Origin: an uncultured Spirochaetota bacterium
GTDB taxonomy: Bacteria; Spirochaetota; Brevinematia; Brevinematales; JAOACQ01
Length of the DNA: 64,000 nucleotides
Reading direction: 5' to 3'
Assembly: GCA_963835575.1 (NCBI GenBank)
Contig: CAWIGG010000004.1
Location: 1 to 64,000, forward strand
A model generated the notes under the pieces. That model was not told the DNA's origin and did not search any database. It was given only the letters and a program-made list of their open reading frames with translations. Positions 1 to 9,141 of this stretch are shown in pieces. A program made the translations under genes and the position numbers. Every line of letters begins with the position of its first letter. Position 1 is the first letter of the stretch.

Positions 1-1
1 T

Positions 2-1435
2 CCCCAAATTTACATATTCATTACCGCCGCCGCCTCCGTATTGTTTACGGAACATATGGTTAAAAAGAATATCCAGCGTCTGAGTATCGCCCCAGCTTAA
101 AGGCTTGGGATCCGGCAGAGGAGCGAGAGCCACGGCCCTGACCATAAGATAAAGGTAAAGTGTCATCGCGAAAATAAACATCCATCCGCTGTATGTCAGT
201 ATTTCGATCATTTTATCCGCCAGCCCATAATTCACTTCCGATTTTTTTATAACAGAATCAAAAATCCCGAAGAAGAATAAAACAACAATGGCTAACGCGG
301 CGAGGATGATAATTATAGGGTCGATTTGTGTTTGCTGCATCATTCCCTGCTGAAGCCCTGTATTATCTACCGTAGTGAAACCGAATAAATATTGATTGGT
401 TTGAGGGACAATCTGATTATTATTTACAAAAATTGAAAATGCTATAAAAGCCGCTATACCAATTACTACGGATATTCCATAAACGACCCCGGCTGTGCTG
501 ATCCCAAAAGATTTTTTTACTTTTACAAGTACCGTATAAAAAGTAATATAAGCGGGCACAAGAAAGATGCCGATCAGAATAAGAGGCAGATGGAGCGGAT
601 AAATAAGCCTGATAGCAAACAAATATACATAGAGCAAAATAATGCTCGTGATAAACAGAATTCCAAGAATGATAAGCCCCGGAATTCTGGCGGCAAACTC
701 TTTTTTAAATTGCTTCGTCCCGTCCTGCACAATAATAAAAATGGCAAAAGGCAGCATAACAATGAAAAATGCGGCAATAAACCACAAAGGAAGCATATGA
801 TCAGTAAGAGAAAGTCCCATGATGAAACCGAGCAGGATAGTCATTCTTTCCGCAAAATGGATTTTTACCTCATTCCTGAAATACATCATTTCTTCATACC
901 AGAGCACCATGACAAAAAGCATCGCCGCGACCAAAAGCACGTTCAAGGAATAAAATTTTCCGCTCGCCGAGGATTGCTGCCAGAAATCATAGGAAAAAGC
1001 GAAAATGAAAGCTGACGCGATGGCAGGTAGATGAACTGAAAGCGATATTTTACCTTTGTCCCGGTTGAAACCCAGCAGCTTAACCAGAACAAGATATAAC
1101 ATAAAAATGGCAAAAGCGCCGCTGAAAGCCACATAAAGGTTCACGCGGTGAGCGACATCACCCAGCGGAATAAAGGTAAAGACCTTGCCCAATATGCCGT
1201 AAAGCGGGTATCCCGGAGGATGACAGGCGCCCATTTGGTATATCTCTGTTGTCAGCTCGCCGCTATCCCCGGCTATAACACCCGGCGCCATCGTCCTTAT
1301 GTAAACGATAAGAACTATCAGTGTAATGATTGAAGCAATAACAAGATCAAACCATTTGATCCTGTAAGGCATGAAGCCTTTAGGATAGATCCCCTGAAAT
1401 ATTTTGCTTTCTTTTATTTCGTTTGCATCACTCAT
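2..1435 (-). CDS. DUF2723/TMEM260-like multi-pass membrane glycosyltransferase (putative protein O-mannosyltransferase), partial, runs off the left edge
   Basis: Not in the ORF track because there is no stop in the window. Manual translation from ATG 1435 gives MSDANEIKESK...APGVIAGDSGELTTEIYQMGACHPPGYPLYGILGKVF...RVNLY, with the GDSGE and HPPGYPL motifs of DUF2723 followed by many TM segments. Confidence 0.85.
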   Translation of the reverse strand, partial: MSDANEIKESKIFQGIYPKGFMPYRIKWFDLVIASIITLIVLIVYIRTMAPGVIAGDSGELTTEIYQMGACHPPGYPLYGILGKVFTFIPLGDVAHRVNLYVAFSGAFAIFMLYLVLVKLLGFNRDKGKISLSVHLPAIASAFIFAFSYDFWQQSSASGKFYSLNVLLVAAMLFVMVLWYEEMMYFRNEVKIHFAERMTILLGFIMGLSLTDHMLPLWFIAAFFIVMLPFAIFIIVQDGTKQFKKEFAARIPGLIILGILFITSIILLYVYLFAIRLIYPLHLPLILIGIFLVPAYITFYTVLVKVKKSFGISTAGVVYGISVVIGIAAFIAFSIFVNNNQIVPQTNQYLFGFTTVDNTGLQQGMMQQTQIDPIIIILAALAIVVLFFFGIFDSVIKKSEVNYGLADKMIEILTYSGWMFIFAMTLYLYLMVRAVALAPLPDPKPLSWGDTQTLDILFNHMFRKQYGGGGGNEYVNLG

Positions 1436-1577
1436 AACTGTAACCTTTTTATCCAGCGGAATAATGATTTGAGTATTTTATTTTAAAGATCAAAATATCG
1501 CAATAAACCGGATAAATTTTTAAAATCATTGAATTTATTTATCATCAGATACAAAATCGTGAATTATTGTAGATGGA

Positions 1578-1645
1578 CAGTATATGACTTTTTTGTCCGG
1601 TATACAACTTTATTATCCAGTATACGACTTTATTGTCATTTCACA
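1578..1645 (-). repeat. Tn7-type end: TGT-N5 followed by three 20-bp TnsB-binding repeats
   Basis: Minus strand reads TGT GAAAT GACAATAAAGTCGTATACTG GATAATAAAGTTGTATACCG GACAAAAAAGTCATATACTG; the first unit matches the Tn7 end pattern TGT-N5-GACAATAAAGTC. Confidence 0.85.
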
Positions 1646-1877
1646 GAAGGATACCATTGCAGATCATAGCGAGAAAATAATACTATATACTGCGAATGGA
1701 AGAAGTGGGTACATTAGAGTTCAAGGAGGAAAGATATTTACAAGGGTTCAGGCATTTAACAATGAAAAGGAACCTTTGGGTCCAGCGTACATCGTGGAAC
1801 ATTCATTCGGATATCAATATAAAAAAGTTGACGATCCTGTATCTAAGCTCATTACTATTGCTAAAATGGATTTTTAA
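1646..1877 (+). pseudogene. Probable 3' remnant of a cargo gene truncated at the TnsB-site array
   Basis: The open frame (track ORF 1584..1877) starts inside the repeats. The remainder (KDTIADHSEKIILYTANGRSGYIRVQGG...AKMDF*) reads like natural protein and begins at the ACA terminus. Confidence 0.45.
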
Positions 1878-2002
1878 GTATTAAAAAAACTGGTAGACGT
1901 ATCCTTAAGCACGTGTTGCGGGGCGGCCGGGGACAATAACATAAGTTCTTGTGAAAATAGTCCCAAAGCACAAATAAGATACTAATATTCTATTGAAAGT
2001 AT

Positions 2003-3583
2003 TTATCCAGTCTTTTCCATAATATTTAAGGGTAAAGCATATTTTTCTACGGCCATAGCTATGGCTCTGCTTACAATTTGAGAATAACCCGGCCGGATTC
2101 CCGAGAGTCTCTTTATTTCCCATTCTTTTACTTCATGTTCTTTCGAATGGAGTTCGGCGGCAATCCATTCAATTCGTTTGAGCTGGTAATTTTCCACTGA
2201 TTCAACTGCTGTATAAAGGAATGCCACCGTCTCGGGCATTTCTTTCGGATGTCTCTTCAACCAGGCAAGTGTTCCGGTTATTTTCCCAATTAAATTGACT
2301 GTTATTCTTTTTGGTTTTGCCTTATCGTTAAGTATATTCCGGACAAGAATCTTAGCTTTTGCCAGGATTGCTTTATCCCTCTGAACCCAATCAATTCTAT
2401 TTACTTTTATTTTACTTTTAGAGAGTGGAGAAATATTATCAAGCCAAGTCCTGTCGTTCCTGCGAAGCCAAGTAAATAATCTATAGTTTTTAGATGCCAG
2501 TAAAGACCTCATAAGGCTAGGATATTTATTTTTTAGGCTGGTCCATTCGCTTCTATATTTCTCAAGGGTTGAAACGTCATATGTCTGCTTTTTCAGTATG
2601 TATTGTTTTGTTCCTGTTCTACCTAATTTTAGATACTTTATCTTGCAATACTTCTCCAGGCTTCCACATAAATAGCGCATCATAAGAACATGACGGATTG
2701 GATGGAATGATTTATCATGCTTTCTAATAATTTTTATTGGCCAGCTTCGAGGATTATCAGTGGAGAAATCCGATTGGAGTAATTTAAGAAGACTGCTTCC
2801 AAAATAATTATGGATATCATCAATAAATCTGTCCCAGAAGTGCTTTTTATATTCCATGTTAATTAAGCCCTTGTACCCAAGCAAAGCAACATATTTACGT
2901 CTGAATCCCAGTTCAATATCCTGTGATCTTCTAATTAATTCATAATTATTATATAACCACAGAATGTCTCTTGCAATCTCAGCCAAACTCTCAATGGTAC
3001 TATCCGTTATATGTATAACTGTGGTGATATTCAGACAGTTGTCTGGACCGGCTGCGGAAAATCCTTGTTTATGATCCGCATGAAGTTTAACAAGACTATC
3101 TTGCAGGACTATTTTGTGAACCGGGCAAACCAAGACACCTGGAGTGTTATGGATTCGGTGCCAGTAGTATTCCCCATAATTTGCAAGGTCATTCTGACAG
3201 CAGTCAGGACAGAATTTAAGAATGGGAAATATATGAACAGAACTCGTCGTTATACCTGTCTTTATGTAGACATTTTCTCCATAGGGTCGTCTCATAGCAT
3301 TATATACTGATTTCGCTCTATCAGCGGGTAGAAAAGCCGTATAAAAAGGATACAATGTATGATTCAAAATTAATTCTTTCTTTTTTAAAGAATTATTAAA
3401 CGGTAAATTTTGAATAAGAGTATCTATGTGACAAGGCAAATCAACTACGGAATAAAAGCCTGAATTCCCAAACAGATCTTTCATAGTTGTTCTATAATAA
3501 ATATTGCCGCTACGGACATGGTACCTGGCTAATATACTGTAAAGAAGTTCGTCGGGATATGGATCGGGAAAGAAAGTGACCAT
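2003..3583 (-). CDS. tnsD: TnsD family target-site selection protein (full length)
   Basis: FFPDPYPDELLYSILARYH N-terminus, Zn-binding CPDC...HRIH...CPVH, FHPIRHVL, C-terminal WLRRNDRTWL / RIDWVQRD / KPKRIT motifs. The likely start is MVTFF at 3583 (track ORF starts at 3616). Confidence 0.93.
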   Translation of the reverse strand: MVTFFPDPYPDELLYSILARYHVRSGNIYYRTTMKDLFGNSGFYSVVDLPCHIDTLIQNLPFNNSLKKKELILNHTLYPFYTAFLPADRAKSVYNAMRRPYGENVYIKTGITTSSVHIFPILKFCPDCCQNDLANYGEYYWHRIHNTPGVLVCPVHKIVLQDSLVKLHADHKQGFSAAGPDNCLNITTVIHITDSTIESLAEIARDILWLYNNYELIRRSQDIELGFRRKYVALLGYKGLINMEYKKHFWDRFIDDIHNYFGSSLLKLLQSDFSTDNPRSWPIKIIRKHDKSFHPIRHVLMMRYLCGSLEKYCKIKYLKLGRTGTKQYILKKQTYDVSTLEKYRSEWTSLKNKYPSLMRSLLASKNYRLFTWLRRNDRTWLDNISPLSKSKIKVNRIDWVQRDKAILAKAKILVRNILNDKAKPKRITVNLIGKITGTLAWLKRHPKEMPETVAFLYTAVESVENYQLKRIEWIAAELHSKEHEVKEWEIKRLSGIRPGYSQIVSRAIAMAVEKYALPLNIMEKTG

Positions 3584-3588
3584 ATGAG

Positions 3589-4560
3589 TTATTTTTTTAT
3601 TATATCGGATAGACATGGAATTAATTTACAATAATTTGATTTGCAAGAGTAATAATTAAGGGGTAAATGAGTAAATGAAATCAACCAATTAGGTTTATTA
3701 TCATTACAATTATGTCTTAATAAAGCCTCGAAACAATTATGACTATTCGAAAAGTAAATATGATGAGTAATCATCATCTCATGGTCCCATCCAAAAGGCA
3801 GATACTCATAACTTAGTTTATTTAATGGACGAAATTGATTAAGAAAGCTAAACTTAACATCATTATCAGATCTTATCATTTTATAATTATTAAATAACCA
3901 TTCAACTCCTTCAATATGAAATAAAAGAGCATCAAAATCATCTATCTCTAAATTTCCTGTTGGTGTACCGGAGCAGTTTTCCATATCCGCAGAAATGCAT
4001 TCAAATTTATCGATTTTCTTTAGTTCAATTGTACTGCATTTTAGAAAAGTTTTATGGAAAGGACAAATAAAAGCACAAGGAACATTATGGATTCTGTGCC
4101 AGTAATATTCACCAAATTTCATTAAACTTTCATTATTGCATAAGGTGCAATATTTCAGACACTTGAAAGAATCAATTAAATAATATTTTGGTCTGATCTC
4201 ACCTAAAACACCTACGTCATATTTTTCATTACCCTTCATAGCTTCATAGACAGTTTGTACTTCATATTCCGGAAGGAAAGCTGTATAGTAAGGGAATAAA
4301 GTGTTATTCAATATCAATTCTTTTGCAGTCAGCCCAATCACCATTTGGAGTCTTTCAGCCAGGATGTTTATATAGTTCGGTACATCAAACATTATTTGAA
4401 CATCTAAATTGCCGAATAATTCTAAAATTGTATTTGAAAATAATATATTGCCACTTCTTTTATGATAACGTGCGATAATGCTATAAAGAAGTTCATCTGG
4501 ATAAGGATCTGGGAAAAATATTGGTGATCCTACCCCCTCTCGAAAATATTTAGCCGGCAT
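3589..4560 (-). CDS. tniQ: Short TniQ/TnsD paralog lacking the C-terminal DNA-binding region
   Basis: FFPDPYPDELLYSIIARYH, NNTLFPYYTAFLP, CTLC...YWHRIHNVP...CPFH; collinear with the first ~300 aa of the neighbouring TnsD; the start overlaps the tnsC stop. Confidence 0.88.
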   Translation of the reverse strand: MPAKYFREGVGSPIFFPDPYPDELLYSIIARYHKRSGNILFSNTILELFGNLDVQIMFDVPNYINILAERLQMVIGLTAKELILNNTLFPYYTAFLPEYEVQTVYEAMKGNEKYDVGVLGEIRPKYYLIDSFKCLKYCTLCNNESLMKFGEYYWHRIHNVPCAFICPFHKTFLKCSTIELKKIDKFECISADMENCSGTPTGNLEIDDFDALLFHIEGVEWLFNNYKMIRSDNDVKFSFLNQFRPLNKLSYEYLPFGWDHEMMITHHIYFSNSHNCFEALLRHNCNDNKPNWLISFTHLPLNYYSCKSNYCKLIPCLSDIIKK

Positions 4561-6052
4561 TTTTCGGGATGACGCCGGCATTTTTTAATGATTCATAAGC
4601 ATTCATATTATTTTTCTTTCCTTCATCAATGATATATTTGAGATCGTCTTTATCTTCATTTCTTTCATTTGTAGAAACTTTCTTTGTTTCACTGTTTTTA
4701 AGTTTTAACGTCTTTCTTGTTTTTTTAATATTTAAATTATCATTTATTGTTTCTAAAGATTTATTATAAGCCAGATCCATTTTGGGGTTTAAGTAACTTT
4801 TAGTCTGGTTTTCAATAATTTTATCTATATCAATGGGTGTAAGGTCTTCATATTTGATAATCTTAATCGGGTCTCCGGAACGGAGTGCTGTCAGCATAGG
4901 TTTCACTAATGATAACCATCTATTTGAAGTAGCTTTAATTAAAGCAGGAGTAATTTCCTCTTTTTTTGTAAATATAGCCTCCCTTTGGACTAATACAAAT
5001 AGTTTTACTGCAATATCTACTATCCCCTGGCTCTCTTTATAAAACAAGCCTTTAATTTCAGCTGTCAATTCCGTTTTATTTCTTGTCCATTGATATTTCC
5101 ACATACCCCTCATAAAGATGTCCCACCATTGATCTTTGCGCAAGTTTTCCCATAAAAAACAACCTTCCTGCCCTTCGCTGCGACGGGCTGGGGAGAAATC
5201 TCCTTGCAGTATAGGTTTTGCTTTGTTTGTTCCTATAAGGACAACTGGAACACCTAAATTGTCCACAAGATTAACGAAAAATTTATGCATCCTCTCAGCT
5301 CCAGTCCTTTTTGCATTTAGTAAGGCCTGTATTTCATCTATCACCAATATTCCAAGGTGATGACGTCTTGCTAAAATAGCCATTTTTACCATCATCTGGT
5401 CAACTGTACCCCTCCCCAAAACATTATATGATTCATCTCCAAAAATCCTGCCGAATTCTGTTAAAAAGTTAGTACATAATCCTTTGACACTGCCGTCAAA
5501 GGGACAATCCAGTTTCAACCATACTAACTGAAAATGGTGGAATGGTTTTCCTTTATAATTTTTATGAATGATTACTTGGGAAAATAAGGATAAAATCTTA
5601 TTTACCGCTGTCGACTTACCGGTTCCGGAAGAACCAATAATTGAAAAACCTGAGGCTTTAGCTGGGGGCAGTTTCATATCATTAAAGTTACTGTTGCCAG
5701 CTATAAGAGCTTTATGAAGTTTTGTAAGAGTAACAGAATATGATTGCCATGGATTTCTAGAAATATATCCCTGCCGGATTGTTGTAGATAGTTTGCTTTC
5801 TAATATAAAGTGAGAATCCCAAGGCCTGAAGTAACTATATAGCCTTCGGATATATTGAAATCTATCATCAATGCTATCATTGCATTCTGAATCTTTAAAT
5901 AAAGGGTAATTTTGAGTAATTGAATTAAACTGCTCATATGACAATATGGGATGAAGTGCTTGGGTCAATGGATTGTTATTATATTCAGGTTGTTTAAATT
6001 TGATATATTGTGCTTGTTCAACTGTTACATCATCGGGAAAATTAAATTCCAT
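4550..6052 (-). CDS. tnsC: TnsC AAA+ ATPase
   Basis: YNNNPLTQAL, IRQGYISRNP, Walker A GSSGTGKS, WLKLDCPFDGS, Walker B ILVIDEIQ, SQGIVDIAVKL. Confidence 0.95.
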   Translation of the reverse strand: MEFNFPDDVTVEQAQYIKFKQPEYNNNPLTQALHPILSYEQFNSITQNYPLFKDSECNDSIDDRFQYIRRLYSYFRPWDSHFILESKLSTTIRQGYISRNPWQSYSVTLTKLHKALIAGNSNFNDMKLPPAKASGFSIIGSSGTGKSTAVNKILSLFSQVIIHKNYKGKPFHHFQLVWLKLDCPFDGSVKGLCTNFLTEFGRIFGDESYNVLGRGTVDQMMVKMAILARRHHLGILVIDEIQALLNAKRTGAERMHKFFVNLVDNLGVPVVLIGTNKAKPILQGDFSPARRSEGQEGCFLWENLRKDQWWDIFMRGMWKYQWTRNKTELTAEIKGLFYKESQGIVDIAVKLFVLVQREAIFTKKEEITPALIKATSNRWLSLVKPMLTALRSGDPIKIIKYEDLTPIDIDKIIENQTKSYLNPKMDLAYNKSLETINDNLNIKKTRKTLKLKNSETKKVSTNERNEDKDDLKYIIDEGKKNNMNAYESLKNAGVIPKNAG

Positions 6053-8186
6053 TTTTTTTATTTAATACCTCTTCTTGCTGTTTAATTATATATTCCATGT
6101 CAATTATATTGTCTTCATTATTATTTTCTTTTATTTCTTTTAAAGGATTCGAGTTATTAATCTTATTTTGAATAAATGATTCAGATTTTCTTCTTTTATA
6201 TTTTTCAAAAGCACGATTCTGTCTGATATTGGCAATCTTTTCAGATTTACTAATCTTCAATCCTTTTTTTTGATTATTTTGTTTTATTGCCTTTTGATTA
6301 ACATCATCAATATGTGATTGTAATCCCGCCTCGGATTGAAATTTAGATTCTTCAATTTTCTTATTGTAGTTATTTTGTGTAATAAGAAGGTATTCGAGTT
6401 CCTCAAGTGTTGTATTCTTATATCCTCTGCCTTCAATCATATAAAATTCATCATAATTTTTTCCATCTTCGGATCTGATATAAACATTATCCATGTTCCT
6501 GGGATCGAAAGAAATTTCAATAGGATAATCACCCTTATCCCGGGCTGTTATAAACCAGTTATTAAAATCATCATTTTTATAATAATTCCCTTTGTATCGC
6601 AGACCTCGGCTTGTAACCATGCCCTGGTATTTAGGCATCAATCCAACTTTCAAATCTTTTTCACATATTGTTTGCAAATCTCCAGAACGGTTAGAAAGGC
6701 CCCATTCCCAGAGCTTGAGTGGTATTGGCTCGACATAATCAGAAATCATGATTTCATCTCTTCTAAAATTGTCTATTGGTTTGTTATTGTAATGTAAAAC
6801 ACAGTAAATCATAATCTCTGTAAATTGATCAATATCCAATTGAGCATCGAGCCGGTAGTCATTTCCACCCCTTTGCCTAAAATCAGGGAGTATTGAACCC
6901 GGCATTTGAGGTTTTACTTGTTCATTTATTGTTCTGAAAGTTCGCTCTATAATCCCTTTAAAATCTGCTCGATAAGGGGGGGTATTTTCCACAGTAATAT
7001 GAAACGAATTGATTAATGTATCAGATTGATAACTTATTAATTCCCCTCTGTCTCCTGTAATAATTTTAGGTAGATACTTACAGGGCCAATCTGCATCAGA
7101 AATATGTATGTCAAAATCAGAACAAAATTTAACCTTGTCACTGCCAGTATTTGCTAAAGCCATCATGGCTCCTATCCATGATGGTCCTTCCAGTCCCACA
7201 TAAAGGCCGACAATCATTCTAGAAAAGACATCTTTGACGACATATATTACAGGTCTCCCTATTATACAATCTCTGTTTAATCTCGATAAAAGGTATATGT
7301 CTCCTACAGTTGCATCAATTTGGTATTTGGTCCCAGGACCTATTATTGGTGAATCAGAGGTGTATAAAACCGGTCTTTTATTTAAGTAAAAATAATTTAA
7401 ACTTTGCCTGGATGATATTTTATTTTGGAGATCGCGGTCTTTTTTATCTAGATAATAGTTGAATTGAGTAAGTTTTGGTTTTTGTTTTTTAAAAATCACT
7501 TTTCTGATTCCATTTTCAGTAACAATCTTTTCAGAAAAAAATTTGTTCAACATTTTTAGGTAACTTGCTTTACGTGAATACTTTTTTGGAGAATAGTAAT
7601 ATTTTGTGGCTGCCCATTCGAAAAATATTTCTATGGTCTTATCTATATTGATCCTGCTATCATCAACAGTGTATAATTTGGGAGGTCGTCCAATTTTCTT
7701 GTCACTAAGTTTTTTTGCTTTGCCTTTCCCGCCACATTTTCGAAAATCTGGTAGTAAAGCATTTTTATTTTTCCCTCTCTGCCAGTATCTTCTAATATAT
7801 TTATAGACAGTTCTATAGGAACATTTATACTCATCGACTATTTGCTTAAGGAGTCTTCCCCTGTTTTCACTGTAATATATTTCTGGTTCTGATGAAACTG
7901 CTTTTTCAATCATATTCCACGCGTAATCTCTCATTTTATTATTCTTTTCTCTTATTTTATCTCCAGGGTCAACAAAAAGATACGGATCGGTCGTGACTTT
8001 TTCCATCTTCCCGGATAAAATATGTTCTTTAATTTCATCCATATTTCTTATGATAGGAAGTGCATTTGCCAAATAAATATTTATTAATATAAGTAAGTTT
8101 GATCTGTTATCGACCCATAATACTCTATCAATATTATTTTCAGTATTTTCTGTCGATTGAATCAACTCATTAACTACAATATCCAT
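6042..8186 (-). CDS. tnsB: TnsB DDE transposase
   Basis: RRYWQRG..KNALLPDF, GPGTKYQIDAT (D), GRPVIYVVKDVFSRMIVG, TGDRGE (D), PPYRADFKGIIERTF (E). Confidence 0.96.
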   Translation of the reverse strand: MDIVVNELIQSTENTENNIDRVLWVDNRSNLLILINIYLANALPIIRNMDEIKEHILSGKMEKVTTDPYLFVDPGDKIREKNNKMRDYAWNMIEKAVSSEPEIYYSENRGRLLKQIVDEYKCSYRTVYKYIRRYWQRGKNKNALLPDFRKCGGKGKAKKLSDKKIGRPPKLYTVDDSRINIDKTIEIFFEWAATKYYYSPKKYSRKASYLKMLNKFFSEKIVTENGIRKVIFKKQKPKLTQFNYYLDKKDRDLQNKISSRQSLNYFYLNKRPVLYTSDSPIIGPGTKYQIDATVGDIYLLSRLNRDCIIGRPVIYVVKDVFSRMIVGLYVGLEGPSWIGAMMALANTGSDKVKFCSDFDIHISDADWPCKYLPKIITGDRGELISYQSDTLINSFHITVENTPPYRADFKGIIERTFRTINEQVKPQMPGSILPDFRQRGGNDYRLDAQLDIDQFTEIMIYCVLHYNNKPIDNFRRDEIMISDYVEPIPLKLWEWGLSNRSGDLQTICEKDLKVGLMPKYQGMVTSRGLRYKGNYYKNDDFNNWFITARDKGDYPIEISFDPRNMDNVYIRSEDGKNYDEFYMIEGRGYKNTTLEELEYLLITQNNYNKKIEESKFQSEAGLQSHIDDVNQKAIKQNNQKKGLKISKSEKIANIRQNRAFEKYKRRKSESFIQNKINNSNPLKEIKENNNEDNIIDMEYIIKQQEEVLNKKNGI

Positions 8187-9028
8187 TATGCAAGCATCTC
8201 CTTTTCAACCTGTATTTTATCATTTACGATAAGATTTTCTATGCCATTATCTAAATTAATACTGATATTTAAATTCATAGATATACGTTTTGTTGATAAG
8301 AGATGAAGGAAGACTTGTAGGAACTTGCCTGGTTTTTCGCTAAATTCTATATCAAGCATATTTAAAACTGACCTTATTGGTCCTTTTTCTTTTGGAATTC
8401 TCTTGATTAAAATTGAAATGAGGTTTTCAAATTTTATGGAATCTGTAACACATAAATCTTCAAGACTATGATAGCTATGGAGAAATTCAATGTTGGATGA
8501 TAATGTTTTAGGGATGTCTTTATCAATTATTAAATTCCATTGGATTCCTGCCCCTTTCCAATATTTACTTTCTATTCTAAGTTTATTTATCACACTATTT
8601 TCTTCCAATTTCTCAAAAGGTAAAACCGATATAGCCTTATCGATTGTTTTCCCGTCATTTATTTTGGTTATTATAAAATCCGAATATAGGACACGAGGAT
8701 TCCCAGTTCTGTTATTATATGGGTATTTTAATCCCTTTTCATTTGCTATTTTAATTGCAAGTTCAATATTCAATAAAGGATATTTTTCACGTATGTCAAT
8801 TACCGAATCATCCCATTCCATTAGATAAAAATACCTTGTTTCATTATCTGAAAAAAGATGATGCATCCTTTGACTTTTCCAGCCGAATATTCTGGATGTT
8901 TTTCCTATGGAAGTTTGGTTTTGTACTTTAGCCCAAGGTTGGTAATTTTTCCCATGTTTTTCGGCATAGCCAGCTTTAAGATAAGTGATTAATTTTTTGT
9001 CGCTATGTAAAAGTTGTCTCCTTTCCAA
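8186..9028 (-). CDS. tnsA: TnsA endonuclease (catalytic Lys apparently substituted)
   Basis: YQPW, GWKSQRMHHLFSDNE, DIREKYPLL, YSDFII, KLRIESKYW; TTG start with a GGAGG RBS. Confidence 0.92.
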   Translation of the reverse strand: MERRQLLHSDKKLITYLKAGYAEKHGKNYQPWAKVQNQTSIGKTSRIFGWKSQRMHHLFSDNETRYFYLMEWDDSVIDIREKYPLLNIELAIKIANEKGLKYPYNNRTGNPRVLYSDFIITKINDGKTIDKAISVLPFEKLEENSVINKLRIESKYWKGAGIQWNLIIDKDIPKTLSSNIEFLHSYHSLEDLCVTDSIKFENLISILIKRIPKEKGPIRSVLNMLDIEFSEKPGKFLQVFLHLLSTKRISMNLNISINLDNGIENLIVNDKIQVEKEMLA

Positions 9029-9092
9029 GCTACCTCCGAATATTTTTTAATTATTTAAAATCGGGTAAGTATAGCTTAATTTTGAAATCTTT

Positions 9093-9140
9093 CATTACAC
9101 AACATTTTTATCCATTATACAACTTTTTTATTTATTTACA
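9093..9140 (-). repeat. Transposon end next to tnsA: TGT-N5 plus two 20-bp TnsB sites
   Basis: Minus strand reads TGT AAATA AATAAAAAAGTTGTATAATG GATAAAAATGTTGTGTAATG, the same consensus and 20-bp period as the 1578-1637 repeats. Confidence 0.85.
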
Positions 9141-9141
9141 C

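Larger units (their letters stand above)
1568..9140 (-). mobile_element. Tn7-like transposon (tnsABC + tniQ + tnsD), inserted just downstream of rlmD
   Basis: Five overlapping tns genes in visibly AT-rich DNA. The end at 9140 reads TGT-AAATA-AATAAAAAAGTTGTATA on the minus strand. The candidate opposite end TGTAGATGGACA at 1568 is uncertain: 5-bp flanks are attat and cctat, only 3/5 identical. Confidence 0.85.

Noticed and set aside
574..1333. Track ORFs 574..777, 590..1015, 943..1134 and 1148..1333
   Set aside because: They are shadow frames of the long minus-strand DUF2723 gene.
1578..1640. Three 20-bp direct repeats as a mini CRISPR array of a CAST
   Set aside because: The repeats abut with no spacers, match the Tn7 TnsB-site consensus, and no cas genes are in the window.
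1914..1945. TGT at 1914 plus GGACAATAAC as the true left end
   Set aside because: TGT-to-GACA spacing is 15 rather than 5 bp, no repeat array follows, and the flank does not match cctat.
4553..4586. Direct repeat gccggcattttt at the tnsC/tniQ junction
   Set aside because: It encodes KNAG twice in the TnsC tail and is too short to support a recombination-site claim.
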